Counted from the first letter of the whole stretch, positions 48,283 to 61,249 are shown. The stretch: DNA of 63,610 bases, filler included, from Rhabdomonas costata (GCA_019059605.1; 54 parts of 54 records of this genome joined end to end with filler, not necessarily neighbours in it), one strand, 5' to 3'. The notes: generated by a model from the letters alone, not told the origin. Translations and numbers: made by a program.

Positions 48283-50749
48283 NNNNNNNNNNNNNNNNNN
48301 NNNNNNNNNNNNNNNNNNNNNNNNNNTTAATTAATTAANNNNNNNNNNNNNNNNNNNNNNNNNNNNNNNNNNNNNNNNNNNNTGTGTTGGGAGAGATTGG
48401 TTTTGTGGTGGTGATCGGATGACGTTCCTTCGCGTGTGCTTCGCCAAGCTGACCCCCAAGTCTAATCTTGGCAAAGGGCATCCCTGATTGTCACCGTTCG
48501 AGGGCTTGGACACCGGACAACCACCGTCAAGTTGCAAACAGCTGCTCGATTTTGGCCGTCACTCTTTTCTCTCTGCTGCTCTCCTAGGATCATTTTTCCG
48601 TGTCCAGTGGCCCCTTGGCTGCTTTAGGCTACACAACGCATTTCCACGTCTGTGGTCATTTTTCGTCGGGTTCTGGGTTGTGTCGGAAATGTGAACAGTA
48701 GCCAGGACAAGGTCGGTAGTGGTAGACAGAACTAAACTCATTTTACGCCACTGTAAAGTTGTGTCCCAGAACCTTGCGTTTATATATTCCGCGTGAGAAG
48801 TTGTGGTGACCGCAGTCCAACAGGTACGCCTGGCAGCGCAAGCTGCTGAACCACGGATGAGGCCACCACATGTCACCCCCAAACAGACACTCTTTCGGCT
48901 GCTCCCAAGAAGACTGGTAATTGGTAGGCAGGCAGGCTGTAAAGTCAGCGTCCAGTTCCTTGGCAAAGGGTGTTCAACAAGTGAAGGTGCTTACCTATTT
49001 TGAAAGGGAAAATATCTTTGACTTAGGGACAGTTGTGTCTATTTGTTCGTGTTGTGTTTATGCATTGTGCGTTGTGAAGTTAGAAAAGAAACACACACAC
49101 ACACACAAGCAGACGTGAAGGAGAGAGATGATGGAAAGAAAGGAAAAGCTGCCCCTTACCCAAGACTCGCACGGAGGGTTCTATATCTGAGATCAAAAAC
49201 GTGGAAACATAAGTTCGGTTGAAGCACCACCAAAACCAAGGACCAAGGACACAAAAGAGTCCAAACACGTTTTCTGTTCTCACCGCCTTTTTCAGTGGGA
49301 TTAACCGAAGGAAAACTATAAAACACGGAGAAAAGGCCAACGTGGAACTGACTTTTTTTACCGCTGCTGCTGCAGTCGACGTGGAGCAGCTTGCTGTCCC
49401 AGCACCGCCTTTCTCTCTGGTACCCAAGACCCGTCAATAGTTCAGACGCTAACCCCAAAAACNNNNNNNNNNNNNNNNNNNNNNNNNNNNNNNNNNNNNN
49501 NNNNNNTTAATTAATTAANNNNNNNNNNNNNNNNNNNNNNNNNNNNNNNNNNNNNNNNNNNNCGAGAATTGCACCAGAACGCACAATCACATTTCTCCTG
49601 ATCCAACGCGGACAGGCGAGCGATGTGTTAGGTTCCGCGGCGGGCGAGGGGGGAATGACCCGATAGAGCGAGGCGTGCTGACTACGGAGACGCGCGGGTG
49701 AGCCACGGGGAAGCCCTTCTCGTCATGCAGGGAGCTGGTCGACGGCAGCATGCGCCCCCTGGAACAACAACGACAACACAGAGAGATGCTGCCAATCCAC
49801 GAACACAACATAAAACGGGAACGTGTTTTCACCACAGCAACAAGGAAAACAGAGTCAACACCTAAACCTGGACGCAAAGGAGTAAAGGAAATTTTTTGTT
49901 CTCAACAGGTTGCTAGTTAAAAGGGGGGGAAATCAAAGAATAGGCCAAACCAGAAGCCAAACCAGCAAACGCAACCCACTCCTCCAAATCAAAGCATCCG
50001 CTCAGGCGTACGAGGGCACTCAGCACCCGCTTCAGGTGTGGAATATTGCTTCCCGGTCGTCCCAAGCATAGTCCATGTTCCTCTGGGCAACCATTGTCAA
50101 GGGTGCTCGTGACGCAACCTCAAAATGGCCATTTTATGCAAAACGAAACAGCAAATGTTGCCCACGGCAAGGACAAGACCAGGCTAGAAGCTGCTGATAG
50201 ATCCCCCCTCTCTCTCACACGAATTAAAGAAAGCAAGACATTATGCACACAACGCATACACACTGTACACACATAGACAAACACCCGGAGGCTGAGGTAT
50301 CATAGATGGCCGAAGCTCTGGCGGAGGGAGTGCACATCAGACTGCCAGAAGCCTCCGAGGGCAGAGTGCTGCGCAGCTCAGGTTCCCCCACCGAATCCCG
50401 GCTGACGGGCATGAGAAAAGCAAAGAGGGACCTTGGGCAATCATCCCTGGCTGGTGCAAAACGCCCCCCTCCCCTTCCCTCCATTACAACCACAACCTTT
50501 ACAACCTGTGTCAGGCCTATGGGGCTACGCCCATTCTTCTTTCATTGCACTTTTCCATAGCGTACCACATTACTCCCGAAGTGCCTTCCGACCCACACAC
50601 ACAAAAAAAATCCACCCGGGCGTACCGGTGCACCACCAACACNNNNNNNNNNNNNNNNNNNNNNNNNNNNNNNNNNNNNNNNNNNNTTAATTAATTAANN
50701 NNNNNNNNNNNNNNNNNNNNNNNNNNNNNNNNNNNNNNNNNNGGGGGTT

Positions 50750-51458
50750 TGGCGTAGTAGTCGACGATCTCCAGGCTGGCCACAGTGACGCACTCGAACT
50801 GGTCATTGATAGTGCGCTCCCCGCCCAGCAGCCGGCTGATCACGCGACTGTCCAGCACGGAGCGCAACAACAGCTCCTGCTTCACGGTGAGGTCCTGGAA
50901 TTCGACACAGAGGTGCGAGGCAAGAAGTGCACACACAAATGGTAATGCTGCAGCTGGATTTGCCCTTATCTGGGAAAACGAGGCCAGCAGGGGCAACTCT
51001 TTCCTGCAGTTAAAACATTTCCAGGTGTTGGCGTTGACACGTAACGTGTATAGTTTGGAATGGTGTTGGGCTGAGCCCGCAGTTAGACTTACTCCGTGTT
51101 GAAGACTTATCCTTACATGTCGCATACTTCACATTTCCTCTCAATTCTTTCTTCCTTTCGAAAGCTGTCGTTCTGCTATTGGTTGGTTTGTATCGCCTTT
51201 TCCCTTTCTTCTACTCGATAGCGAGAATAAAAAACACACCAGAGAGAACGGCAGCTGATGCTGCGCTCAAGCGCGTCCCATATGCGGCGCAACAGAAAGG
51301 GAGTCAAAGCGAGAGAGGGGTGAGATGTGCACCTGGAACAAAGTGAGATCACGCACGTCCACGAGGTAGCCCAGGAAGAACAGCGAGTTTTTCAGCAGCA
51401 CAGGGGAGACCATAATCTCCAGGGGAAAGCTTGTGGTGGTCTTGTCCACTGCCAACAC
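50750..51458 (-). CDS. PAS(PAC) domain exon (51458-51333) followed by a signalling helix and the start of a class III cyclase domain (50894 to contig end)
   Basis: AVDK-x-x-x-SFPLEIMVS ... FFLGYLVDV (PAC); ELLLRSVL-x-x-RVISRLL-x-GE-x-x-INDQF-x-x-VTV-x-x-LEIVDY; both splice sites phase 0. Confidence 0.8.
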
Positions 51459-51929
51459 CTGCGCCATTCAGACACATAAGATGTGGGGAACGGGAGGGCA
51501 GCACCACTTGACATAAAGCCCCCCCCCCCGCCCTGCACACAAACACAATCTTCACACATTGATTGTAATTGTACGAAACTCAAAAACAATTTCGACTCGT
51601 CAAACACACCTGACACATGCAAACATGGATCGTGAACTCCGGAAAACTTTCAAGCCAGGGCACTGACCGTATTTATTCGGGCCACTTCTCATGGACATCA
51701 CTGTGAAGGGAAAAGCCAACAACAGGTGGAAGCCCAAACTCCACAAATGTCCCTCCACAAACATCCCGCCTTTCTCCCAGTCCCGCTCCCAGCCCCACCT
51801 CGCGCTTCTGGCCCCCAAACAANNNNNNNNNNNNNNNNNNNNNNNNNNNNNNNNNNNNNNNNNNNNTTAATTAATTAANNNNNNNNNNNNNNNNNNNNNN
51901 NNNNNNNNNNNNNNNNNNNNNNGGTTTTG

Positions 51930-52243
51930 GAGTAGGCCCACTCCGTCTGCCACTATCCCGCTGCACCGCAGAGCTCGCAGACAGGCAGTCGTCGACATGG
52001 GCGTTTATCTCGGACATGGGAAACCTTCGCCCACAGCCCACCGGGCACACCACACCACTGACCACTGCCCCATTTTTCGCCCCCTTTGCAACCTGTTGGG
52101 GCAATGCCCCTTGTGATGGCTTTCCGGTCTGCTGGGCTCTCTCTTGGGCGAGTTGGCGGGTGGTCAAGCACTCGTCGACATGAGTTTCCATGTGCCCCAC
52201 GGGGATCCGCTGCCCACAGCCGACGGGGCACAGCACCGTGCTG
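51930..52243 (-). CDS. Protein with two UBZ4 (Rad18-type) zinc fingers
   Basis: VLCPVGCGQRIPVGHMETHVDECL and VVCPVGCGRRFPMSEINAHVDDCL. Confidence 0.85.
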
Positions 52244-54356
52244 GCCACGGCGGCAAAGGAGGCAATTGAAGTGGGCTTCCTCCGAGACGCTGCCGCCGTG
52301 CCCTCCTGAGAATCGTAATAGAGTTACAATGCATCGTTGTAGTGTTATGGCCAACCAAATCAGATCAAACCAGTGTTGTTGGGCTAACAAAGTCGTCAAC
52401 AGAATCAGCGGGATAACGGAGAGCCGTTCTACGATTGCAGCTTTCGTTGCTTTGACACCAATATTACTTTTGCCCATTTGTGGTGAGTGCCCGGCCGGAG
52501 TTCACAGACACCACGACACGGAGGTCAACAGAAAAGCCAGGGCCACTGTGCTGAAGACATGGAAACCCAACCTGAAAAGAAAAAAGTAGGGACGCGTGGA
52601 TGTAAATAATTCAAGCAGATGAATAAATAGAGAATGCCAGGAAATCGGAAATGCAGATGGAAAAATGTTTGTGCTCTTCAACGTTACGGGGATGCCCTGA
52701 AGTGAAGAAGTGGGGGAAAAGAGTGCTCTGGAGGTCTTGGTCTGAATGCATATGAACATATTCAGTCCACACATTTGCGTCCCCGGTTTGATGAATTGCT
52801 TTTCGAATAAATCCGAAAAGGGGTGCGGTGAGGACCGCAGCCATTGACTGCATATAAATGGTCAAAACCGAAGCACCATCACTGTATTCCTCCGTTAATT
52901 CCACGTCACCAATCCTCTCTGAATCAAACCCAAGAATATCGTTACCCCCCCCCCACCATACACGCACCGAGACCCCACATGCGCGCAAGTGCCCACACAA
53001 AANNNNNNNNNNNNNNNNNNNNNNNNNNNNNNNNNNNNNNNNNNNNTTAATTAATTAANNNNNNNNNNNNNNNNNNNNNNNNNNNNNNNNNNNNNNNNNN
53101 NNGTGTGTCGTTTCTGGCTATGTCTGGTGAATTATTATGACCAGTTGGATTAGTTCTCTCTGGGGCTGTAGCGTACGAGTTGAAGACAAGAGTCTCCTTA
53201 TCCTCGGAAGTAACACCGCGTAGTCCGTTTTGCGGACCTGGCGGCTGAAGCGGGCACTTTATGTGTAGTTCGGGCGTTGGTAGCCATCCAAACGCGGCAA
53301 ACATGGGGTTTCTCTCGCTTCCTGCGTGTGGTTCTGTTGCCGCATCTTCTCCTGATCGGATAGAAGTTGTTCCACCTTCAGTCTTGTTCGGTATCTTGTT
53401 CGGTTCCGTTCCGCCTACGCAAAGCACTTTCCTTTCTACGGACAAGAACAAGCCTCCGGCCATCCCATCGCGAAGTCGCGCTGAAGGTTCGGAGTTGTGT
53501 CTGAACCCTCGCTTTTCAGGCTGGGTCCCCGGCAGGCTCGCCATCCTCCATCTCTGCCGCGAAGAGCCGCCCCGCGGTGGCCAAAGAAGCCTCACCACAA
53601 TCCTGCACAGCCCTCGCCAGAGGTCAGCCTTCGTCCAACCCGTGTCCCCACCCCTGCGAAAAGCGCAACAGCACTGCCGCGCATGATGGTGGACTCTGCA
53701 GAGCAGTTGGAGCGGACTCCCCTGTGACAGGGAAAGCCCCGAGCCCGTCCTCTTCAAGGGTCTCGGCCGCGGTAACGGCCTGGCCACACCGCCTGGAGGC
53801 CCTGGACGTGCTGTACTGCACATCGGTGGAGGGCGGGCAGGCGGGAGTTGCGGAGGACCTGGCGGGGCTGTACTCGGCGATGGGCCGGCCAGAGCCCGTG
53901 GCTGGGGCCTCACGAATGGCTATTCAAGCTTAAGGCGTACAGAAGAGTTCTTCTGTGCACAGTGGGTGTTCATGTCATGATGGGGTGTGAGCTGTATATA
54001 GACACTCCTTTTTCTTCTCGTATTGCACATTCCATTCCTTTGCTTCTCGCCATGTGCACTTCTGCTGCGCTGTGCTGGAAGGTTTCAGAAACTTCGAAGC
54101 CGGTTGAAGTCACGTTGACGTTGACGTGATGGCATTTCACCTACCCTTGCGAAAAATGCTTGTTTGGGAAATACCCAAAAAANNNNNNNNNNNNNNNNNN
54201 NNNNNNNNNNNNNNNNNNNNNNNNNNTTAATTAATTAANNNNNNNNNNNNNNNNNNNNNNNNNNNNNNNNNNNNNNNNNNNNTTGTTTGGGGAGATGTGA
54301 ATATATCTCTTTGGCGTGCGGCCCGTGGCTCAGCAGCATTAGGGGCTCTTTCTCAG

Positions 54357-55128
54357 GTGTTACTACGTGCTGGGCACGAAGTATGACATTATCTACCGGC
54401 GTGGGGAATGGGTGCAGCTCGTGCACCGCTACATCACGCAGTGGAGCCCTGGAACTGGGGACAAGGTGAAGACCATCCGGAAGTGGATGCCCAGCATCAA
54501 CCTGTCAGACCTTTTGGGGTGGGGGGTGACCCGGGGCCAGCTGGAGGCGCTATTTTGGGACATGCTGACCCAGGTCTGCTAGCGGCTGGAAGGCACCTCC
54601 TCTGTTTGAGAATTTGAGGCTTTGGTTGAATCCCTTTCTGCTCGGGTGCTCGGGGCTGTTTTTATGTTGTTATGCTTACGTATGTTAAGCGGATTTCCCT
54701 TCACGGGATCTCCCATGGCTCTCTTCGGTGGTTAGATCAGCTGTTGTGGACCTTGGCTTGTGACCGTTGATGTCGTGTGAGCCTTTTGCATCCAGTGCAA
54801 CGCAGTGTTACTGCTGCTGAAGGAATGTGCGACTCTGCCCCCCACCCCCACCCCACCCGCTGTTCGCTATTCGTCTCATGTTCCTTCGCAGCCCTCCGCG
54901 CCGGACCCGGCGATCCAGAACTGGCTGATGGGCCCGGGAGGCCGGGTCGTGAGGATCGACGCCAACCAGCAGATGGTGGCGTCGCGGCATCCCGAGGGCC
55001 GAGCCTATATCGAGTTCCTGAGAATCCACACCTGCACCAGCCCCTACGGGCGGTGGAAGCAGGTGCAGCGCAAGGAGGGCCTCATGCACGAGACCCTGGA
55101 CGCCCGCCATCGCTTCATGTGGACCAAG
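54357..55128 (+). CDS. Unknown protein, possibly an atypical kinase fold; exons 54357-54573 and 54892-55128
   Basis: Clean phase-0 GT-AG intron; DPAIQNWLM ... VVRID gives a DxxxxN plus downstream Asp pattern. Confidence 0.6.
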
Positions 55129-55609
55129 GTGGCGTTTGCATGCTATAGGGTCAGTGCCAACCCCGGATCTGATAACTTGCATCACCCGGATCATGTCCCC
55201 ACATCCCAAGCCACCCAGACCGGCCACGTTATATCGCAGTTATCGCAGTTATATCCTATGACGTTATATCCTAGAACCTCCGATCGCAGCCGGCTCCACC
55301 CGCACCCAAGCATGTGGAATAAGGGTTGATTGGATGTCCCCATGTGGGTCCTCTAGCCCCATNNNNNNNNNNNNNNNNNNNNNNNNNNNNNNNNNNNNNN
55401 NNNNNNTTAATTAATTAANNNNNNNNNNNNNNNNNNNNNNNNNNNNNNNNNNNNNNNNNNNNTGGGTTTGTGTGCGTAGCCTGCGTGCGCGTGTCCTTGA
55501 GAGCCTCTATGAGGATATTCAAATGGTTCAATCATCACGCCGCCCCCCTCCCCCCATTACGTAGTGTGCGGAGTTGTTTGTATTGTTGGTGGGCCTGGGT
55601 CCGCGTCAG

Positions 55610-56497
55610 ATTTTGGGCTTGCCAACCTGCAGAACAAGAACGAGTTTCTGAAGACCGTCTGTGGAACCCCTAATTACGTCGGTGTGCCGCTCAGCCCCTC
55701 CGCCGCTCAGCTGGCTCTTGTGTGATGGTGTAGTCGCGCAGTATAGGAGGGACAGCTGTATTTGGGGATCGGGGAGACTTTTAATGTCGAACGCCGGTGA
55801 GCATACGTGGACTTTATTATACAACTGGGACAGACGACGTTTTGAGGGGAGGCCAGTCCGTGAGAAGCGGGCGTATGAGCCCGGGACCTCGCATGGCATT
55901 GGGGTAACAGAACAGGCCGAAAAGGGCAGAAACACCTCCAGGTCAAAACCAGACTTTTCACCACTTCCTTTTGGCTTCGAAAGCCCCAAAATATGCATGA
56001 TTTAGAGTGCACTCTTCTGGGGAGTTCCGCTTTGCGGTGACACGGACGGTATATCCGTGGCCGTTCAGGTGAACGAATGGAAAGAACTTTGATGAAGTTT
56101 GGTCCATTTATGGTGTTAATCGTTTCAAGATGAGAAGATGAGAGTTTAAGGCACCCCACCCCCTACAATGAATATCAATGCCTTCCTCGCACAGCCGCTA
56201 ACGAGATGAGCTCTTGTGAATATCAATGCCTTCCTCGCACAGCCGCTAACGAGATGAGCTCTTGGACCCACACCTCTGCACATCCGCTCCGCTCACGCGC
56301 ATGCTCTTTCATGTCCTCAGCTCCGGAGGTGCTGAAGCAGACAGAGTATGACGGGTTCAAGTCCGACCTGTGGTCGTGCGGGGTGATGCTGTACGTTATG
56401 CTGGCGGGGCGCCTGCCGTTCTACCAGAAGCAGCTCCCCGAGCTCGTCGCGAAGATCAAGGCTGCGGACTACAAGATGCCTGACACCATCCAGCCAG
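55610..56497 (+). CDS. CAMK-group (SNF1/CIPK-like) kinase; exons 55610-55681 and 56321-56497
   Basis: DFGLAN ... LKTVCGTPNYVA|PEVL ... YDG-x-KSDLWSCGVMLYVMLAG-x-LPF. Confidence 0.95.
56169..56264 (+). repeat. Perfect 48-bp tandem duplication inside an intron
   Basis: 56169-56216 is identical to 56217-56264. Confidence 0.95.
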
Positions 56498-56674
56498 GCA
56501 CCTCCCAACCTCACCCCCCACCCCAAACACACCCACACNNNNNNNNNNNNNNNNNNNNNNNNNNNNNNNNNNNNNNNNNNNNTTAATTAATTAANNNNNN
56601 NNNNNNNNNNNNNNNNNNNNNNNNNNNNNNNNNNNNNNGGTGTGTGTGCGTGGGAGTGTGTAGGGGGGATGCAC

Positions 56675-56892
56675 CCGGTGGCAGTGGGAGCTGCAAGTAG
56701 TGCATTGTGCCCTGGGAGGTGCCGACCAGGGCCCCACCCGTGGTGAAGTCCTGAGGGCGGGAGGGGCTCAGGCTGGTGATGCCTCCACTGAGCTGGGCTC
56801 GCCCTCGCTCGTCCAGCTGAGGCTGCTTCGGGTCCTTCAGGGAGAGCAACACCACACTGCCGTCTCCCCCGCCCACGAGCAGCAGAGTGGGC
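56675..56892 (-). CDS. WD40-repeat exon (CFAP52/WDR90-like)
   Basis: LLVGGGDGSVVLL ... QLSGGITSLS ... LVGTSQGTMHY. Confidence 0.7.
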
Positions 56893-59800
56893 CTGAAATC
56901 AAAAGGAAACCGCACAGAAAGAGGGAGCGGAGAGGAAGCGGAGAGACACAGCAGAAATTCAGCTTTCAAAGGGTGCAGTGAGTGTGTTGCGGAACACAGA
57001 TACTGAGTGGGCAATGGAAGCTGGTCCGACTGCTAGCAAAAGGTCGAGAAGAAGAACAGAAAAATGACAGAAAAATGCCCCTAGAGATGAAAACAACTTC
57101 CCGCTTAAAAAGGACGAAAAACTTCCCGCTTACCTTTCAAGATTGAGAGGTTTTTTGTGCCGCCGACAGCTTGGATAACAAGGGGGGATAAAAGCAGGGC
57201 TATAAAAACGCCTCGAGTCCGTAAAATACGCTAAACCGAACTTTTGAGGCGGTCACATAACGCCCGCGCGTCAAAAATGAAAGTTTAACTCAAACAGATA
57301 GCTCTCCGCCCGCTCTCTGAGCATCAACAAAAACGCATGCACACACACTTGGTGCACTTGGCAAGGATGAGTTTTTTCTGGGGAGGACTCGAGGTCTACT
57401 TCCCCCCTGGGCTCCCACCTTTCGATGGGGCATGGGCCCATCGGGCCTCACACCCTTGTCGGTCCACCTCATGGCGTGGGCCCTCACGCAGCTTTTTATA
57501 TGTTTCCCACTCTCTTGTGCCGCTTCTCCGCCCAGAAGCTGAGGGTTTGACGCGACACCCACAACGTAGAGTGGCGGAAAGCAAGGGGGTCAGACAAGTG
57601 CAGGGGAAAAGCTGCGCATCAATCAAGGGGCTGCGATTCTTCCTTGTCGTCAGCTTTATTGCCGAGAGATTAAGACCTGAACAGTCCGTGCCTCGGTGCG
57701 ATAGTACAACCAAAAAAANNNNNNNNNNNNNNNNNNNNNNNNNNNNNNNNNNNNNNNNNNNNTTAATTAATTAANNNNNNNNNNNNNNNNNNNNNNNNNN
57801 NNNNNNNNNNNNNNNNNNGGTGTGGGTTCCACTGCCACCAAGCGGAAGTTCCGGGACGTTCGGGGTACCTCCGAATTGATTGTCCTCGAATTCACTTCGG
57901 CACCAGGCTCCCGGCAGAACTCTCCGGGCTTGGGCCTCGCCTACCAAAGAACCCCCAGGGGTACTGTCACCTGCACACGTAAGGCGCGCTCCTCGAGCTG
58001 CCGCGCTGACTCTCGGAGCCCCTTGGCGCCAGGGATGTCCCCAGGATTCAACATTGCAGAGGCCACCCCGTACGGCCCGAACTTGAGCTGGGCTGACATA
58101 ATGGATAAGCATGAGCTGTTTTGTACATTCAGGGGTGCCGGGCTGGTTGCCTCTGCGCTGTGCGCCGCCTTGCTGGCGTGCTCCCGAGAAGCCATAGATA
58201 CGGCCCCGTATGATGCAGCTTCCTCGGCTACGCCTACACCTTCTCAGACGACAACTTTTTCTGAGTCATCGATGTTCGCTCCACCGCAGGAAAGACCGCC
58301 CACCGCCGTGAACGATCCCTACTTTCTTTGCATGACTGAGGTGCAGTCGGAAGCCCCGACACAGATGACACAGCCTCCGAATCGGATTGGAAGATTGCGG
58401 CACCGGTGCGACCCTGCAGCTCACACCTTGTTGCCTTCTGAGAGGGCCTCGGCTGCTCTCACCTCAGCTTCAGCCTTCTCCTCCTATGTGGAGCCCGCTT
58501 CCTGTCAGTGGCCATTGGGTACCTCTCCCGTGCTCGCAGATGGATCGTATGGTGGAGCTCTGACCCCATGTGGCAGGTCAGTATTGAAACCTTTCACTCC
58601 CTTTTGTGGTTTTATGCCAAAGGTGCAGCAGACCTGAAGCGCGTTGTTGCATTGTAAATTACCAAAACTACCATGAAGTCAGCCCCAGACTCCTCAACTG
58701 AGAGATTCGGTTCGTGTCATCTCAAATCTAGTGTTCAGCGGTAGAAACACTCAACAGGCCCCCCCCCAAAAAAAAGAAACTAAACACCTCCGTAAAAAAA
58801 AACGAGTTCTTTCACCAACCTCCACCCCCGCCCCCCGCTCCTTTACAGCTCTTGACACGCTTCTGTTTGGCGTGCATCGCCCTGTAACACCCAAACCNNN
58901 NNNNNNNNNNNNNNNNNNNNNNNNNNNNNNNNNNNNNNNNNTTAATTAATTAANNNNNNNNNNNNNNNNNNNNNNNNNNNNNNNNNNNNNNNNNNNNATG
59001 TGGGGGGGTTGCCGAACAATGTGAAGCCCTTGGACATACCTGTGTGTTCCGCGAAAACGGCGCAGTGACGGGTGAAGATGATCGATTCATACTCAAAGTT
59101 ACAAAGTCACGGAATGCATCGGCACAGTAGAACCGAGAACCTTTGGACCGCTCCATGAGTGGAAACTCCCGCTCAGTACAGGATGTAACCCTCTCAGCTA
59201 CTCTGCTGGTGATGCAGGCCAGGCAAGTGTAACGGCCTGGCCGGTGATCGTGATAAACTGGTAGGCGCTGCTGTCATCATCATCGTCAACGATGACGTGG
59301 TGATGGCACGTGTAGTTCAGCAGGGCGTTGCCTCCTATGACCACAAAGCAGGAGGCATGTTTGCGAGCAGCTGGGGCTTTGCTTCCAGGATACGCGGCAA
59401 AGGATAATGCACAACCACAACAATGTCGTTTGCAGACAGCTGGACTCTTTTAGTGCGCGTGCGGATGCTCGCAAATTTCAGCGGAGGCGTTACAATTCGG
59501 GGAGCAGCGCCCACCTTCCCTTGAGCTTGATATATACATGTTTATTACCTTACCAGCTTCGAATCGTTGGATCACCAGAAAAATGGACCTCAAGGCATAC
59601 CCACTGCAGCGATCAGACGGTGCACTACACAGTTGGCCTCCACTTGCACGCTGTGCGTGAAGGCGCCAATCCCGCCGACGCCCTCGTCCGCATCAATGTG
59701 ATCGGTCTCGCGTAGGAAGTGCTGGCTCACCCGCCCATGGTACCTGTATGAAGACCATCACAAGGGCAAAACCACATAAATTATTGGATGATAGGGTGGG

Positions 59801-60423
59801 GCCGCTGTTGCGTTGTGCAGACCAACAGCGCCTGCATCTGCATCGCCCCTAGCCACAGACCAGCTTTGTTCTAGGAACACCAACATCGCTCCCCCTCTTC
59901 AAGAGGAATAACCTGTTCTCGGAACATCAAGTGATCTTCAGCAATGCGCCATTGTAATACCAACGTATCGAGAGGAGGCAAGTAACAGAACGCCTGACAG
60001 CTGACCCCCCCCCCCGCACAATTACGGCCCAATTCACCCCACCATGAATCACAATCCTCACAAACGCACCCCACACNNNNNNNNNNNNNNNNNNNNNNNN
60101 NNNNNNNNNNNNNNNNNNNNTTAATTAATTAANNNNNNNNNNNNNNNNNNNNNNNNNNNNNNNNNNNNNNNNNNNNTGTGGGGGGGCTTCCCACCAGACA
60201 CCTGCCTACACTACCTACAGGTCACTTGTTTCTTCGTCTGAACGAACGGTGAAACACTGTTCTACCGAACACGGAAGAAAAGCGAAGTCGAAGTTGGCAA
60301 GGTTTCTGACAGAGTTGCGGTGCAAGTCAAGCTCCTTTTTACAAATTGTTTACGCAAGAAAGGAGGGTGAACCTCGTCTGTCAGCACCGTTGCTCCGTTG
60401 TGCTGACCTTTTTTCTCCCTCAG

Positions 60424-61249
60424 GGAGCTTGTACGTATGGGGACAAGTGCCGGATGAAGCACCTCACCGCTGCTGTGGCGGCTCAGCTGACACTTTGCCA
60501 GCCTCAGTACACGGGTTGCAGTGAGGCCGTGTGTACGCTTCCTGTTCGCGTTCGGGTGTGTGGAGGCGAGTGTTGCAATTTTTAGGGCCATGAAAAATGT
60601 TGACAAAACGGAATGAATCAAGAGGTTTCGTGGTGATGTTTCCGGCTATCCCGCTATATGTTACTATATGTTATCCTGTCGGTATCTTGTTATATGTTCT
60701 TGGCGCCTGGGATTTGTGTGGGGCGGGATGGGGTAACGGATCGGCACATGCTTCGCTTCATCACGGGGGTTCAGAAACGGAACACGGGCTATGGGAGAGC
60801 CCGGGTTGGTTCACACGGGTGTGCCAGCAGCCCCCCCCCCAAAAAAAAACCCGTGTGAAAAAAGGGGGGAAAGTGTGAATCCCGTGCCAGTTCGTCCCAC
60901 CTAACCGGAAAGCACAGGAAAACCCTGCTGAATGCCCGGCAATTAATGTATCATGTAGGGGTGTGAGTTTTGGGAGAAGCTTTCTGTTTTTGATGTCTGT
61001 TTCATTCTCAGCGGAGAAGTGAGGCCTCCCCAGCCCACTTTCGGGTTCTCTCGCTGTGCTGGCTCCCCGAGGCATGCGCCAGCGCTACCTCCGTGCACGG
61101 GCAGCACTGCCATGAGGTGTGGCTGCGCTGGGAGTACCGGCGCGCCCTGATTGCGTCCGCCGTGCTCCCGCCCGAGTTTGCCCCGGACGTGCTATGTCTA
61201 CAGAAGGTGGATCACTTTGACTACTTCAATTGCCTCCTGTCAGACCGCG
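60424..61249 (+). CDS. CCCH zinc finger exon (60424-60528) plus CCR4/nocturnin/Angel-type EEP domain exon (61012-61249)
   Basis: GACTYGDKCRMKH; FRVLS ... LRWEYRR-x-LI ... PDVLCLQKVDHF-x-YF-x-x-LL-x-x-x-G; compatible phase-0 splice sites. Confidence 0.8.

Noticed and set aside
59100-59800. Possible decayed Pif1/Helitron helicase (LLLCGHRRQRP resembling GDxxQLPP)
   Set aside because: No intact Walker A or B motif; evidence too weak
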